Made by a program: the position numbers and the translations under genes
In this document: positions 47,069-56,637 of the stretch, in pieces
Numbering within the stretch: position 1 is the stretch's first letter
How the letters are laid out: each line of letters opens with the position of its first letter
NCBI GenBank assembly: GCA_963674755.2
Contig: CAXXVS010000001.1
Span: 992,001 to 1,056,000, forward strand
DNA: 64,000 bases
From: Desulfobacterales bacterium
Lineage (GTDB): Bacteria > Desulfobacterota > Desulfobacteria > Desulfobacterales > UBA5852
Reading direction: 5' to 3'
The notes under the pieces: model-generated
The model's database searches: none
Told to the model about the DNA's origin: nothing
Seen by the model: the letters and a program-made list of their open reading frames with translations, nothing else

Positions 47069-48532
47069 ATGAGGTGGATAATGGAAGGACCGTTTAGCGC
47101 ATCGCTGTTTGTTGTTCTCCATGTGATGGTGCAACTGGGCCTGCTGGTGCGGGTCCTGCTGCGGCCCCACCGGGAGCCGGCCTCAAGGGTAGCCTGGGTG
47201 GTGGTGATTCTCTCTTTTCCGGTCGTGGGAATCGCCGCTTATATCCTCTTCGGCGAAACCAACCTCGGGCGGGCCCGTGTGGCGCGGATGCAGACTGTCC
47301 TGAAAGGCCTGCCGGATGTGGCGGCTTCTTCCGGCAGAGACGACACGGCCTTGCCCGGGGGCGTACCCCCGCAGTATGCCCATCTGTTCCAGCTCGGTAA
47401 AACCGTCAACGGCTTCGACCCGGTGGACGGCAACCGGGCCCGCCTGATGCCTGATTCCAATGCGGCCATCACCGCTATCGTGGCCGACATCGACGCCGCC
47501 CGGGAGCATGTCCACCTGTTGTTCTACATCTGGCTGCCGGACAACAACGGCTGCAAAGTTGTCGAGGCGTTAAAGCGGGCGGCCGCCCGCGGGGTAACCT
47601 GCCGGGCCATGGCGGACAGCCTGGGATCCCGCCTCATGATCCATTCAAAACACTGGCCGGAGATGCGCCAGGCCGGAGTGCGCCTGGCCAGCGCGCTGTC
47701 CATCGGCAATCCGCTGCTGCGGCCCCTCAAGCGCCGCATCGACCTGCGCAACCACCGTAAGATCGTCGTGATCGATCATGCCGTCACTTTCTGCGGCAGC
47801 CAGAACTGCGCCGATCCGGAATTTCGCATTAAAGCCAAATACGCCCCCTGGGTGGATGCCATGGTCCGTTTCGAGGGGCCCATCGCCCGGCAGAACCAGT
47901 ATTTGTTCGCCGCCGACTGGGGGGCCGAAACCGGCGAAGATCTGGGCCATCTGCTCAGCCGCCCCATCGATCCGCGGCCCCAGGGCTTTCCGGCCCAGGT
48001 GATCGGCACCGGGCCCACGGTGCGCTATTCGGCCATGCCCGAGATGTTCGAAACCCTGATGTACGCCGCCCGGCGCGAACTGGTGATTTCTACTCCCTAC
48101 TACGTGCCCGACGAGGCCATGCAGGCGGCCCTGTGCGCCAGCGCACGCCGCGGCGTGAAGACGACCATTATTTTCCCGGCCCGCAACGATTCCCGGATTG
48201 TGGGGGCGGCCAGCCGCAGCTACTACCAGGGGCTCCTGGCGGCCGGCGTTCACATCTTCGAATACGAAGGCGGGCTGCTGCACACCAAGTCGCTGACCAT
48301 CGACGGCGAGGTGACCCTGATCGGCTCCGCCAACCTGGACCGCCGCAGCTTCGAGCTCAATTACGAAAACAACATCCTGTTTTACGATCAGGCGTCGACG
48401 GCCGATGTGCGCCGGCGCCAGGCGAGCTATATTGCCCGATCCAGGCCGGTTACCCGCGAAACCGTGGCGGGCTGGACCTGGCGCCGCCGGCTCTGGAACA
48501 ACACCGTTGCCATGATGGGACCCGTGCTATGA
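47069..48532 (+). CDS. cls: Cardiolipin synthase
   Basis: Two N-terminal TMs; HKD motifs NHRKIVVID..GSQN and HTKSLTID..GSANLD.RSF.LNYE. Confidence 0.93.
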   Translation: MRWIMEGPFSASLFVVLHVMVQLGLLVRVLLRPHREPASRVAWVVVILSFPVVGIAAYILFGETNLGRARVARMQTVLKGLPDVAASSGRDDTALPGGVPPQYAHLFQLGKTVNGFDPVDGNRARLMPDSNAAITAIVADIDAAREHVHLLFYIWLPDNNGCKVVEALKRAAARGVTCRAMADSLGSRLMIHSKHWPEMRQAGVRLASALSIGNPLLRPLKRRIDLRNHRKIVVIDHAVTFCGSQNCADPEFRIKAKYAPWVDAMVRFEGPIARQNQYLFAADWGAETGEDLGHLLSRPIDPRPQGFPAQVIGTGPTVRYSAMPEMFETLMYAARRELVISTPYYVPDEAMQAALCASARRGVKTTIIFPARNDSRIVGAASRSYYQGLLAAGVHIFEYEGGLLHTKSLTIDGEVTLIGSANLDRRSFELNYENNILFYDQASTADVRRRQASYIARSRPVTRETVAGWTWRRRLWNNTVAMMGPVL

Positions 48533-48773
48533 CGCGATGCGCTGTGGATGCATATGATTCCCTGCCTTTCCGATATGTGTGACACACCGACACGCCCGTA
48601 ACGGATATTTTTGTTTGCAAGAACGATTCGATATCCCGACAGACCATCTGAAGACAAAATTCTATTCGCCGTTCGAAGCGGCCGCGACTGCCGGCGGGCG
48701 CACCTTAAGGTCGATTCCGGCGTCAACCGGCTGATTTAATCGTAACGAAGGTATTTAATGAAAGGAAAATTCA

Positions 48774-50057
48774 ATGAAGCGGCTGACTTTGACGGTCCTG
48801 TGGTTGCTGCTCCTGCCGGCCGGGATGCTCTACGCGGCTGCCACCACCGGGGCCTACGACTACCCCTTCGTCGACCCCTATACGGCGACGGTCGTCGGGA
48901 CCCCTTCGTTTTATCGGGCCGACCTTCCCAAGGAAGTGCCGGTGAAGGACTACCGCCTGGAGGTCTTCGCGGACCGTCAAATCCCGGACCTCTTCTGGTA
49001 CAGCGAGGGTCTGCGGTTTTCCCTGGTACCCCGGAAGGAGCGAGCGCCTCTGATCTTCGTGATTGCCGGCACCGGGGCCAGTTACAAATCCCCCAAGGTG
49101 CAGGCGCTGCAGAAAGTATTTTACCAGGCCGGTTTCAGCGTCATCTCGATCTCTTCGCCCACCTACATGAACTTCATCATCAACGCCTCCGCCACCAAGG
49201 TGCCCGGCCACGTCATCCATGACGCGGAAGATATCTACCGGGTGATGGAAATGGCCTATCGGCAGGTGGCCGACCGGGTGGATGTCTCCGCGTTTTACCT
49301 GACCGGCTACAGCCTGGGAGGCACCCAGGCGGCTTTTCTGACGCGCCTGGACGATGCGCGGCAGGCCTTCAACTTCCAGAAGGTGCTGATGATCAACCCG
49401 GCCGTGAACCTGTTCAACTCGGTGGGCATCATCGATAAGATGCTGGCCGACACGGTGGGCAATGAGCCCGGGGCCTTCAACCGCTATTTGGGACGGGTCA
49501 TCCGGGCGTTTGTCACGGCCTTCGACCGCACGGAGCCCTTGGATTTCAACGAGGACTTCCTTTATCGGGTCTACAAAAAAAAGATTCCTACCAATGCGGC
49601 CCTGGAGAGTCTGATCGGATTCTCTTTTCGGATCTCCTCGAGCAACATGGTGTTCACCTCGGATGTCATGAGCGGCTACGGCCTGCTGGTGGCCCCGGGC
49701 ACCCGGCTCACCCAGACCACTTCGTTGACCGAATACCTGGGGGCCTCGTTGCACCTCACTTTCCAGGATTACTACGAACGCTATTTTTACCCGTTCTATC
49801 ACGCCGAAAATCCCATGCTGACCTCCGCGCAGCTCAAGCACGAGATGAGCCTGGAAAGCATTGCCCCCTATCTGCGCCGCACGGAGAAGATCGCCATGAT
49901 GACCAACAACGACGACATCATTCTGGCGCCGGGGGAGATTGACTTCCTGCAGGATACCTTCGGTGCGCGGGCGACCATCTGGCCCACGGGCGGGCACTGC
50001 GGCAACATGGAGCAGAAGGATGTCGTGGCCTTCATGGTGAGCTACTTCAAAAACTAA
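48774..50057 (+). CDS. Secreted alpha/beta hydrolase (lipase-like)
   Basis: Signal peptide; IAGTG, GYSLG nucleophile elbow, NNDD, GGH. Confidence 0.85.
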   Translation: MKRLTLTVLWLLLLPAGMLYAAATTGAYDYPFVDPYTATVVGTPSFYRADLPKEVPVKDYRLEVFADRQIPDLFWYSEGLRFSLVPRKERAPLIFVIAGTGASYKSPKVQALQKVFYQAGFSVISISSPTYMNFIINASATKVPGHVIHDAEDIYRVMEMAYRQVADRVDVSAFYLTGYSLGGTQAAFLTRLDDARQAFNFQKVLMINPAVNLFNSVGIIDKMLADTVGNEPGAFNRYLGRVIRAFVTAFDRTEPLDFNEDFLYRVYKKKIPTNAALESLIGFSFRISSSNMVFTSDVMSGYGLLVAPGTRLTQTTSLTEYLGASLHLTFQDYYERYFYPFYHAENPMLTSAQLKHEMSLESIAPYLRRTEKIAMMTNNDDIILAPGEIDFLQDTFGARATIWPTGGHCGNMEQKDVVAFMVSYFKN

Positions 50058-50069
50058 AGGGAGACCCTC

Positions 50070-50849
50070 ATGCACTGTCCCTCGAAGGTACGGAACTGGA
50101 TTTCGCTTGTCGCCGCCGTCGTTCTGATGACGCTCGTTTCCGGCGGCGTGGCGCTGGCCCAGGAGGAGCCCGAGGCGCGCAAATTTACCGATTCCACGGA
50201 TCCGGAATACGAAAGACCTATGGCCAACTACGACCCCTGGGAGGGGTTCAACCGGGCCATGTACAAGTTCAACTATGGCTTCGACACCTACTTTTTCATA
50301 CCGGTGGTGAACACCTACCGCTTCATCCTGCCGCAGGTGGTGCGCACAGGTATCGCCAATTTTTTCGACAATCTGTATGAGCTTCGCAACGTGGTAAACA
50401 ACCTGCTCCAGGGCGATGCCGAGGGAACGCTCAATTCCACCGCCCGCATCGCCTTCAACACGACCATCGGCCTTGCCGGGGTGCTGGACCCGGCCACGCC
50501 CATGGGGTTTCCTGCAATCAAAGAGGATTTCGGCCAGACCCTGGGAAAATGGGGACTGGGGCCAGGGCCCTATCTCGTGCTGCCGTTCCTGGGGCCATCC
50601 AGCGTGCGCGACGGCATCGGCACCGGTGTTGACGCCGCTATCGGCACGGTCTGGGTGACGTGGGTTATCGACGAAGTGTACACCAACACCGGGGACCGCG
50701 ACACGCTCCGCTGGGGGCTTACCGGCCTCTACTACATCAGCGAGCGGTCCCGCATCCCGTTTCGCTATTACAGCACCGGCTCACCCTTCGAGTACGATTA
50801 CGTGCGCTTCATCTACCTGAAGTATCGCCAGATCGAAATCGAGAGATGA
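50070..50849 (+). CDS. mlaA: MlaA/VacJ family phospholipid-asymmetry protein
   Basis: DPWEGFNRAMYKFN, NFFDNL, NTTIGLAG, EDFGQTLG.WG.G.GPYLVLPFLGPSS.RD. Confidence 0.92.
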   Translation: MHCPSKVRNWISLVAAVVLMTLVSGGVALAQEEPEARKFTDSTDPEYERPMANYDPWEGFNRAMYKFNYGFDTYFFIPVVNTYRFILPQVVRTGIANFFDNLYELRNVVNNLLQGDAEGTLNSTARIAFNTTIGLAGVLDPATPMGFPAIKEDFGQTLGKWGLGPGPYLVLPFLGPSSVRDGIGTGVDAAIGTVWVTWVIDEVYTNTGDRDTLRWGLTGLYYISERSRIPFRYYSTGSPFEYDYVRFIYLKYRQIEIER

Positions 50850-51032
50850 TCCTTCTGCCACAAGCCCTTCGGCTGGCAGGCGCCCTTTTTCAAAAAGACC
50901 CGTTTCTATTTCAAGACCGACGATTTAAACAGGTTGCCTTGACTCGCAGAGGCCGACGCCTCTATAAGTTGCCATTGAGCAAGGTATCTTTGGACACCTC
51001 GGACCGTCTATTGCGACCCTGGAGAACTTTCG

Positions 51033-52379
51033 TTGCTGTCACCGTTCCTGCGATCCATTTTTCCCGAGCCCCTGAGACCGCAAGCCGCGTCCCGGGGCCG
51101 GCGGTTTTTGCTGAAAAACCTGGCGCTGCATTTTCGGCCCACCACGGTGCCCCGGGAGACCCTGCGGTTTTCCCTCACCTGGGGGCTGGGGGGCATGGCC
51201 GCGACACTGGTTTTCCTTCAGCTGGCGAGTGGCATCCTCCTCAAGTTCGTCTATGAGCCCACACCGGTGGCGGCCTACGCCTCCATCCAGGCGCTCATGA
51301 CCGATCTTCCTTTCGGCGGGCTCGTGCGCAACCTGCATTACTGGTGCGCCCATCTCCTGGTGGCCGTGATCCTCCTGCACCTGCTGCGGGTCTTTTTCAC
51401 CGGGGCCTTTCATCCGCCCCGCCAATTCAACTGGGTTGTCGGACTGGGCCTGCTCGGTATCGTTCTGAGTGCCAACTTCACGGGCTATCTGCTGCCCTAT
51501 GACCAGCTCGCCTACTGGGCGGTGACGGTTTCCACCGGGATGCTGGAATACGTTCCGCTGATCGGGGATTATTTGCAGGCCTTGATCCGGGGAGGGCGGG
51601 AAATCGGTCCCCAGACGCTGCAGACGTTTTACGCCCTGCATACCGCGGTCCTTCCCATCCTGCTGTTCGGTCTGATGGCGTTTCATTTCTGGCGGGTCCG
51701 CAAAGCCCGGGGCCTTGTGGTGCCGCGGCCGCCGGAAGCGTCGGTGGATGCAAGACCCGATTCGGCGCCGACGGTGCCGGATCTCCTGGTGCGCGAAATC
51801 GCCGTAGCCCTCGCCCTGACGGCAGTCGTGCTGCTGCTGGCGGCCTTGATCGAGGCCCCCCTGGGCGATCCGGCCAACCCCGGTCTGAGTCCCAACCCCA
51901 CCCGGGCGCCCTGGTATTTTGCCGGACTGCAGGAGCTCTTGCTGCACCTCCATCCGGCCTTTGCGGTCTGGGTGGTGCCATCCCTGGTGGTGCTCGGGCT
52001 GATGGCGATTCCCTATCTCACCTATCCGGCCGACACGGGGGGTATCTGGTTTGTGTCCCGTCCCGGTCGGAAGACGGCGGTCATGGCCGCCCTGACGGGA
52101 ATGATCGTGACACCGCTGCTGATCCTGGCCGACGAGTGGCGCTCGGCGGTCAGGCCGTTGTGGGATATGCCGCCGGTCGTGAGCAATGGCGTGCTGCCGA
52201 CGGTAGCGCTGCTGGCCGTTCTGGGAGGGTTCTACGTGTTTCTGAAAAAGCGCTATGGCGCGACGGCGAACGAGGTCGTCCAGTCCATGGTTACACTGGT
52301 GATGACCGCCTACGGAGTGCTGACCATTACCGGTGTCTGGTTTCGGGGCGCCGGCATGACCCTGACGGTTCCCTGGTGA
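51033..52379 (+). CDS. Cytochrome b of a Rieske/cytb complex (unsplit, extra C-terminal TMs)
   Basis: WGLGG, RNLH..HLLR and ALH..FH haem-ligand His pairs, GYLLPYDQLAYW, TRAPWYF (PEWY equivalent); TTG start after GGAG. Confidence 0.9.
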   Translation: MLSPFLRSIFPEPLRPQAASRGRRFLLKNLALHFRPTTVPRETLRFSLTWGLGGMAATLVFLQLASGILLKFVYEPTPVAAYASIQALMTDLPFGGLVRNLHYWCAHLLVAVILLHLLRVFFTGAFHPPRQFNWVVGLGLLGIVLSANFTGYLLPYDQLAYWAVTVSTGMLEYVPLIGDYLQALIRGGREIGPQTLQTFYALHTAVLPILLFGLMAFHFWRVRKARGLVVPRPPEASVDARPDSAPTVPDLLVREIAVALALTAVVLLLAALIEAPLGDPANPGLSPNPTRAPWYFAGLQELLLHLHPAFAVWVVPSLVVLGLMAIPYLTYPADTGGIWFVSRPGRKTAVMAALTGMIVTPLLILADEWRSAVRPLWDMPPVVSNGVLPTVALLAVLGGFYVFLKKRYGATANEVVQSMVTLVMTAYGVLTITGVWFRGAGMTLTVPW

Positions 52380-52396
52380 TGCGGCGGGAGGTGAGG

Positions 52397-52921
52397 ATGC
52401 ACGCGAAAAAAGAAAAGCCTGTGGCCGAGGAGATCGCCGCGCCGCGCCGGGATTTTCTGTCCTTGTTGTGGGCCGCCCTGGGGCTTGGCGCCCTCGCGGA
52501 GATGATCTGGGTGGCTGGCTCGTTCCTGCGCTCCGGAAAGGGCCAGCGGGCGGGCGGGACAGGGGATACCATCATCGCCGCCGGGGCGGTGACGGCTTTT
52601 CAGCCCGGGACGGTGACGGCCTTTCCCCGGGGACGGTTTTACCTGACCCGGCTGGCCGACGGCGGGTTTCTGGCCCTGTCGCGGCGCTGCCCGCACCTGG
52701 GATGCACGCTGCCCTGGGTCGCGGAAGAAAAGCAGTTCCTGTGCCCCTGCCATTCATCGGCCTTCGATATCCGGGGCGACCTGATCCGCTCACCGGCGCC
52801 CCGGGGCATGGACCTGTACCCGGTGGCCATTGAAAACGCCATTGTCAAAGTCGACACGGCGCGGGTTCTCCGGCGCGACCGGCTTTCGGAGATCCCGGTG
52901 GCCTATCCGCCCAAAGCTTGA
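52397..52921 (+). CDS. Rieske [2Fe-2S] subunit with Tat anchor
   Basis: PRRDFL twin-arginine signal; CPHLGC and CPCHSSAFD; PAPRGM. Confidence 0.93.
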   Translation: MHAKKEKPVAEEIAAPRRDFLSLLWAALGLGALAEMIWVAGSFLRSGKGQRAGGTGDTIIAAGAVTAFQPGTVTAFPRGRFYLTRLADGGFLALSRRCPHLGCTLPWVAEEKQFLCPCHSSAFDIRGDLIRSPAPRGMDLYPVAIENAIVKVDTARVLRRDRLSEIPVAYPPKA

Positions 52922-52940
52922 GCGCAACGAATTACCGCCC

Positions 52941-55253
52941 ATGAGCTCTAATACCAACCACGCCTGGAAGATCGCCGCTTTTATCGCGACCCTGGTTATC
53001 GTGGCGACCATACCGCTCTACCATGCCTGGCATCAGGCCTTGCCTCCGGGCAGCCGGGTGGAGGGTGCTCCGTCGGCGGCCTTCGTCGGCAGCGAGGCCT
53101 GCCGGGACTGCCACCGGCCGGAATACGACAAGTGGGCCGACTCCCATCACCGCTGGGCCATGGAAACGGCCACCCCCAAGACGGTCCGGGGGAATTTCAA
53201 CGACGTGACCGTCGACTATTTCGGAAAACCGACCCGCTTCTATAGGCGGGACGGCAAATACTATGTGCATACCCAGGGCCCGGCCGGCCGGCCGGGCGAA
53301 TTTGAAGTCACCTACACCTTCGGCTGGTACCCGCTCCAGCAATACCTGGTGCCTTTCCCGGGCGGCCGTCTGCAATGCCTGCCCTTTGCCTGGGACGTGG
53401 ATGGGCAGCGCTGGTATCCTCTCTATCCCAAGGCGCCCCTGGACCCCAAGGACTGGCTCTACTGGACCAACAACGGCCAGAACTGGAACGGCATGTGCGC
53501 CGAATGCCACTCCACGGACCTGAAAAAAAATTACGACTATAAGACCGACACCTACGCCACCACCTGGTCGGAAATCAGCGTGGGCTGCGAGGCCTGCCAC
53601 GGGCCGGGCGCAGCCCATGTCCAATGGGCCCAACTGCCGGAAATGGGGCGCCCCGAGACGGCCAATGCCGCGTTGACCGTCACGACCCGGGATCTCACCT
53701 CCCGGCAGCAGATCGAATTGTGCGCGCCCTGCCACTCCCGCCGCATGTCGTTGGACGACAATATCCACCGGCATGCCGATTTTCTCGACTATGGCGTACC
53801 GCAACTCCTGAACGAGGGGCTCTATTTCCCGGACGGGCAGATCCTGGACGAAGTCTACGTGTACGGATCCTTCATGCAGAGCAAGATGTATGCGCGCGGG
53901 GTGCGCTGCAGCGACTGCCACGACGTCCACAGCATCCGCCGCATCAAGGACGGCAACGCGCTTTGCCTGCAATGCCACCGGGCGGCAGTCTACGACCAGC
54001 CCAAACACCATTTCCACAAAAAGTCGGGGGAAGCGGGCGATCCCATCCGGTCGCCGTCCGGGGAGGTGCTCTTCGAGGTGGGCAGCGGCGCCCAATGCGA
54101 AGCCTGCCACATGCCCGGACGCGTCTACATGGGCATCGACTATCGCCCGGACCACAGTTTCCGTATCCCGCGGCCGGATCTTACGCTGGCCATGGGCACC
54201 CCCAACGCCTGCGACCGCTGCCACGTGGACAAGCCCACCCAGTGGTCGGTGGACGCCATGGCCAAATGGTACGGGCGGACATGGCGCCCCCATTACGGCC
54301 AGATTCTCCAGGCCGGCCGGCAGCAGCAGCCGGAGGCGGCCGCCGAATTGGCATCCCTGGCCCAGGATCGACTCTACCCCACCATCGTGCGGGCCACGGC
54401 CCTGGCCGAGTTGGCCGCCTATGAGGGCGCAACCGTCCGCAAGGCGTTTACCGCGGCCCTGACCGATGAGGAATCCCTGATGCGTCAGACCGCGGTGCGC
54501 CATCTGCCTGTACGGGATCCTGCCGAGCGTCTCAAGCTGCTTACGCCCCTGCTCTACGATCCGGTGCGGGCGGTGCGCATCGAGGCGGCCGGCATCGTGG
54601 CCGAGCTTCATCCCGACACCCTGCCCGCCGATACGCGGCGCCAGTTTGACAAGGCGCTGGCCGAGTATCGGCATGCCATGGAGCGCACTGCCGATTTTGC
54701 CGCCTCACGCCACAATCTGGGCAATCTCGCGCGCAGCCGGGGGCACTTCCAGGAAGCGGAGGAGCAGTACCGCAAAGCGATTGCCATCGATGACCAGTTT
54801 TATCCGGCCAAGGTGAATCTGGCCATGCTCTACAACCAACTCGGGCGCAACGGAGAGGCTGAAAGGCTTTTGCAGGACGTGCTGCAGCAGCATCCCGACC
54901 TCTATGAACTCCAATACTCGCTGGGGCTGCTGCTGGCGGAGCAGCAGCGCTGGGCAGAAGCCGCCGTTCACCTTGAACAGGCTGCGGCGGGCCTCCCCCG
55001 GCGCGCACGCATTCACTACAACCTGGGCCTGCTCCTGCAAAAGCTCAACCGTGACGGCGAGGCGGAAAAGGCCCTGCAGGCGGCCCTGGCCCTGGAACCC
55101 CGGGATCCGGATTTCCTCTATGCCCTGGCGGTTTTCTACCTTGACCGCGGCAACCGGGAAAAGGCCCGGGCGATGGCCGAGCGGCTGACGACAGTGGACC
55201 CCGGTTCACCGGCCGGCCGGCAATTGCTCGAAATCATCGAGATGAATCAATAA
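52941..55253 (+). CDS. Membrane-anchored octahaem cytochrome c with HEAT-like and TPR repeats
   Basis: N-terminal TM; eight CxxCH (CRDCH, CAECH, CEACH, CAPCH, CSDCH, CLQCH, CEACH, CDRCH); C-terminal TPRs. Confidence 0.92.
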   Translation: MSSNTNHAWKIAAFIATLVIVATIPLYHAWHQALPPGSRVEGAPSAAFVGSEACRDCHRPEYDKWADSHHRWAMETATPKTVRGNFNDVTVDYFGKPTRFYRRDGKYYVHTQGPAGRPGEFEVTYTFGWYPLQQYLVPFPGGRLQCLPFAWDVDGQRWYPLYPKAPLDPKDWLYWTNNGQNWNGMCAECHSTDLKKNYDYKTDTYATTWSEISVGCEACHGPGAAHVQWAQLPEMGRPETANAALTVTTRDLTSRQQIELCAPCHSRRMSLDDNIHRHADFLDYGVPQLLNEGLYFPDGQILDEVYVYGSFMQSKMYARGVRCSDCHDVHSIRRIKDGNALCLQCHRAAVYDQPKHHFHKKSGEAGDPIRSPSGEVLFEVGSGAQCEACHMPGRVYMGIDYRPDHSFRIPRPDLTLAMGTPNACDRCHVDKPTQWSVDAMAKWYGRTWRPHYGQILQAGRQQQPEAAAELASLAQDRLYPTIVRATALAELAAYEGATVRKAFTAALTDEESLMRQTAVRHLPVRDPAERLKLLTPLLYDPVRAVRIEAAGIVAELHPDTLPADTRRQFDKALAEYRHAMERTADFAASRHNLGNLARSRGHFQEAEEQYRKAIAIDDQFYPAKVNLAMLYNQLGRNGEAERLLQDVLQQHPDLYELQYSLGLLLAEQQRWAEAAVHLEQAAAGLPRRARIHYNLGLLLQKLNRDGEAEKALQAALALEPRDPDFLYALAVFYLDRGNREKARAMAERLTTVDPGSPAGRQLLEIIEMNQ

Positions 55254-55291
55254 ATTTGGGACCGGTGTGACGGGACCCGGCTGCCTTTGCC

Positions 55292-56065
55292 ATGGCACTT
55301 CCCGATGAGACCCCGTCCAGGAATGGTTTTATGCCGCACATGTTTATCAACCGCCCCCGGATCCATGACCTTACCAAGGACCGCTCCGACATCCGGGCTC
55401 ATTTTCGCTGGGAAACCATCAACGCCGTCCTTTACAAAATTGGCGGGTTCGTGTTCATCCTCGGCAGTCTGCTTTTTTTCCCGCAATTCAAAGCTTACGC
55501 AGACGTGGGGGCCTGGACCTTCTTTTTCGGCTCCCTGCTCTACCTCGTGGTCACCGTGCATGATCTGGTGGAGGTCCGTCAAAACTGGCGCCATCACTGC
55601 CACCATAACCGGGACAAGGTTCTGGAATATCTGGCCGCCGCCAGCTATGTCGGGGGTACGATTCTCTTCACCGTGGGAAGTCTCTTTTTTCTATCCATGA
55701 TCGGGTGGTTTGCGGCGGGGGCCTGGTGTTTTATCGTCGGCAGCCTGCTGTTTGTTTTGGGAGCCTGCGTCAATGTGCTGCAAATCGTGCAGGCCAGCAC
55801 CCTGGTTACATTGCAGCTCATGAATCTAACGGCCGTAACCTTTGTGATCGGGGCGGTTCTGTTTACGGTGGCTTCGATCCCCTATCTCTGGAAGGTCACC
55901 AACCCATCCCTCAAAACGACTCTGTACGCCTTCCTGGCCTGGCAGTATCTGATCGGCAGTATGCTTTTCCTGCTAGGCGGGGTGTTCAACTACTGGCGGG
56001 CCTATATGGTCATGCGCGAAGCGATCCGCCGCCAAAAGGGAGTTTGGGGGTCGGGCGCTAACTAA
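55292..56065 (+). CDS. YrhK-like repeat membrane protein
   Basis: Repeated GxxxFxxGSxxF TM motif (GGFVFILGSLLF, GTILFTVGSLFF). Confidence 0.7.
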   Translation: MALPDETPSRNGFMPHMFINRPRIHDLTKDRSDIRAHFRWETINAVLYKIGGFVFILGSLLFFPQFKAYADVGAWTFFFGSLLYLVVTVHDLVEVRQNWRHHCHHNRDKVLEYLAAASYVGGTILFTVGSLFFLSMIGWFAAGAWCFIVGSLLFVLGACVNVLQIVQASTLVTLQLMNLTAVTFVIGAVLFTVASIPYLWKVTNPSLKTTLYAFLAWQYLIGSMLFLLGGVFNYWRAYMVMREAIRRQKGVWGSGAN

Positions 56066-56113
56066 ACGATAACGGGCGGTTGGCCAAACGACCCGCAATG
56101 AAAGGAATCCGCC

Positions 56114-56524
56114 TTGTCTGAAAGCAACAAAAAGCTCGTACGCAAGCTATACGAGGCGTTCTGGAACCGTGCCGACTGGTCCCTGGCCGACGACATCCTC
56201 CACGCGGATTACGTCGGGTATATCGCCCACGTGCCGGAACCGCTGCGGGGCCCGGAAGCCTTCAAGCATCTGGCGGCCCTGTTCCATGCCTTTTTCCCGG
56301 ATCTGCACTTTACGCTGGAGGACCAGATCGCCGAGGGCGACCGGGTGGCCTCCCGCTGGACCGCCCGTTCGCACCATTTCGGCCCCCAGCAGATGATTAA
56401 CGGCATCAGCATTCACCGCCTGGAGGGCGGCCGGGTGGCCGAGACCTGGGACAACTGGGATGCGATCGGCCTTTTGCAGGGTGCCGGGCCGGACCTGTTC
56501 GAACGTATCGGCCTGAGCCTGTGA
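56114..56524 (+). CDS. SnoaL-like (NTF2-fold) ester cyclase family protein
   Basis: NKKLVRKLYE, FPDLHFTLEDQIAEGDRVASRW, GRVAETW; TTG start after AAGGA. Confidence 0.85.
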   Translation: MSESNKKLVRKLYEAFWNRADWSLADDILHADYVGYIAHVPEPLRGPEAFKHLAALFHAFFPDLHFTLEDQIAEGDRVASRWTARSHHFGPQQMINGISIHRLEGGRVAETWDNWDAIGLLQGAGPDLFERIGLSL

Positions 56525-56637
56525 GCTGACGTTACGCGCCCTGCGCGATCCGGAAGACCCTCCGTCGGATCACCCCAGGTCATTCTATTTTTAAAACGGC
56601 GACTTCGCCGCACCACCAGAACGCCAAAGAAAGCCCC

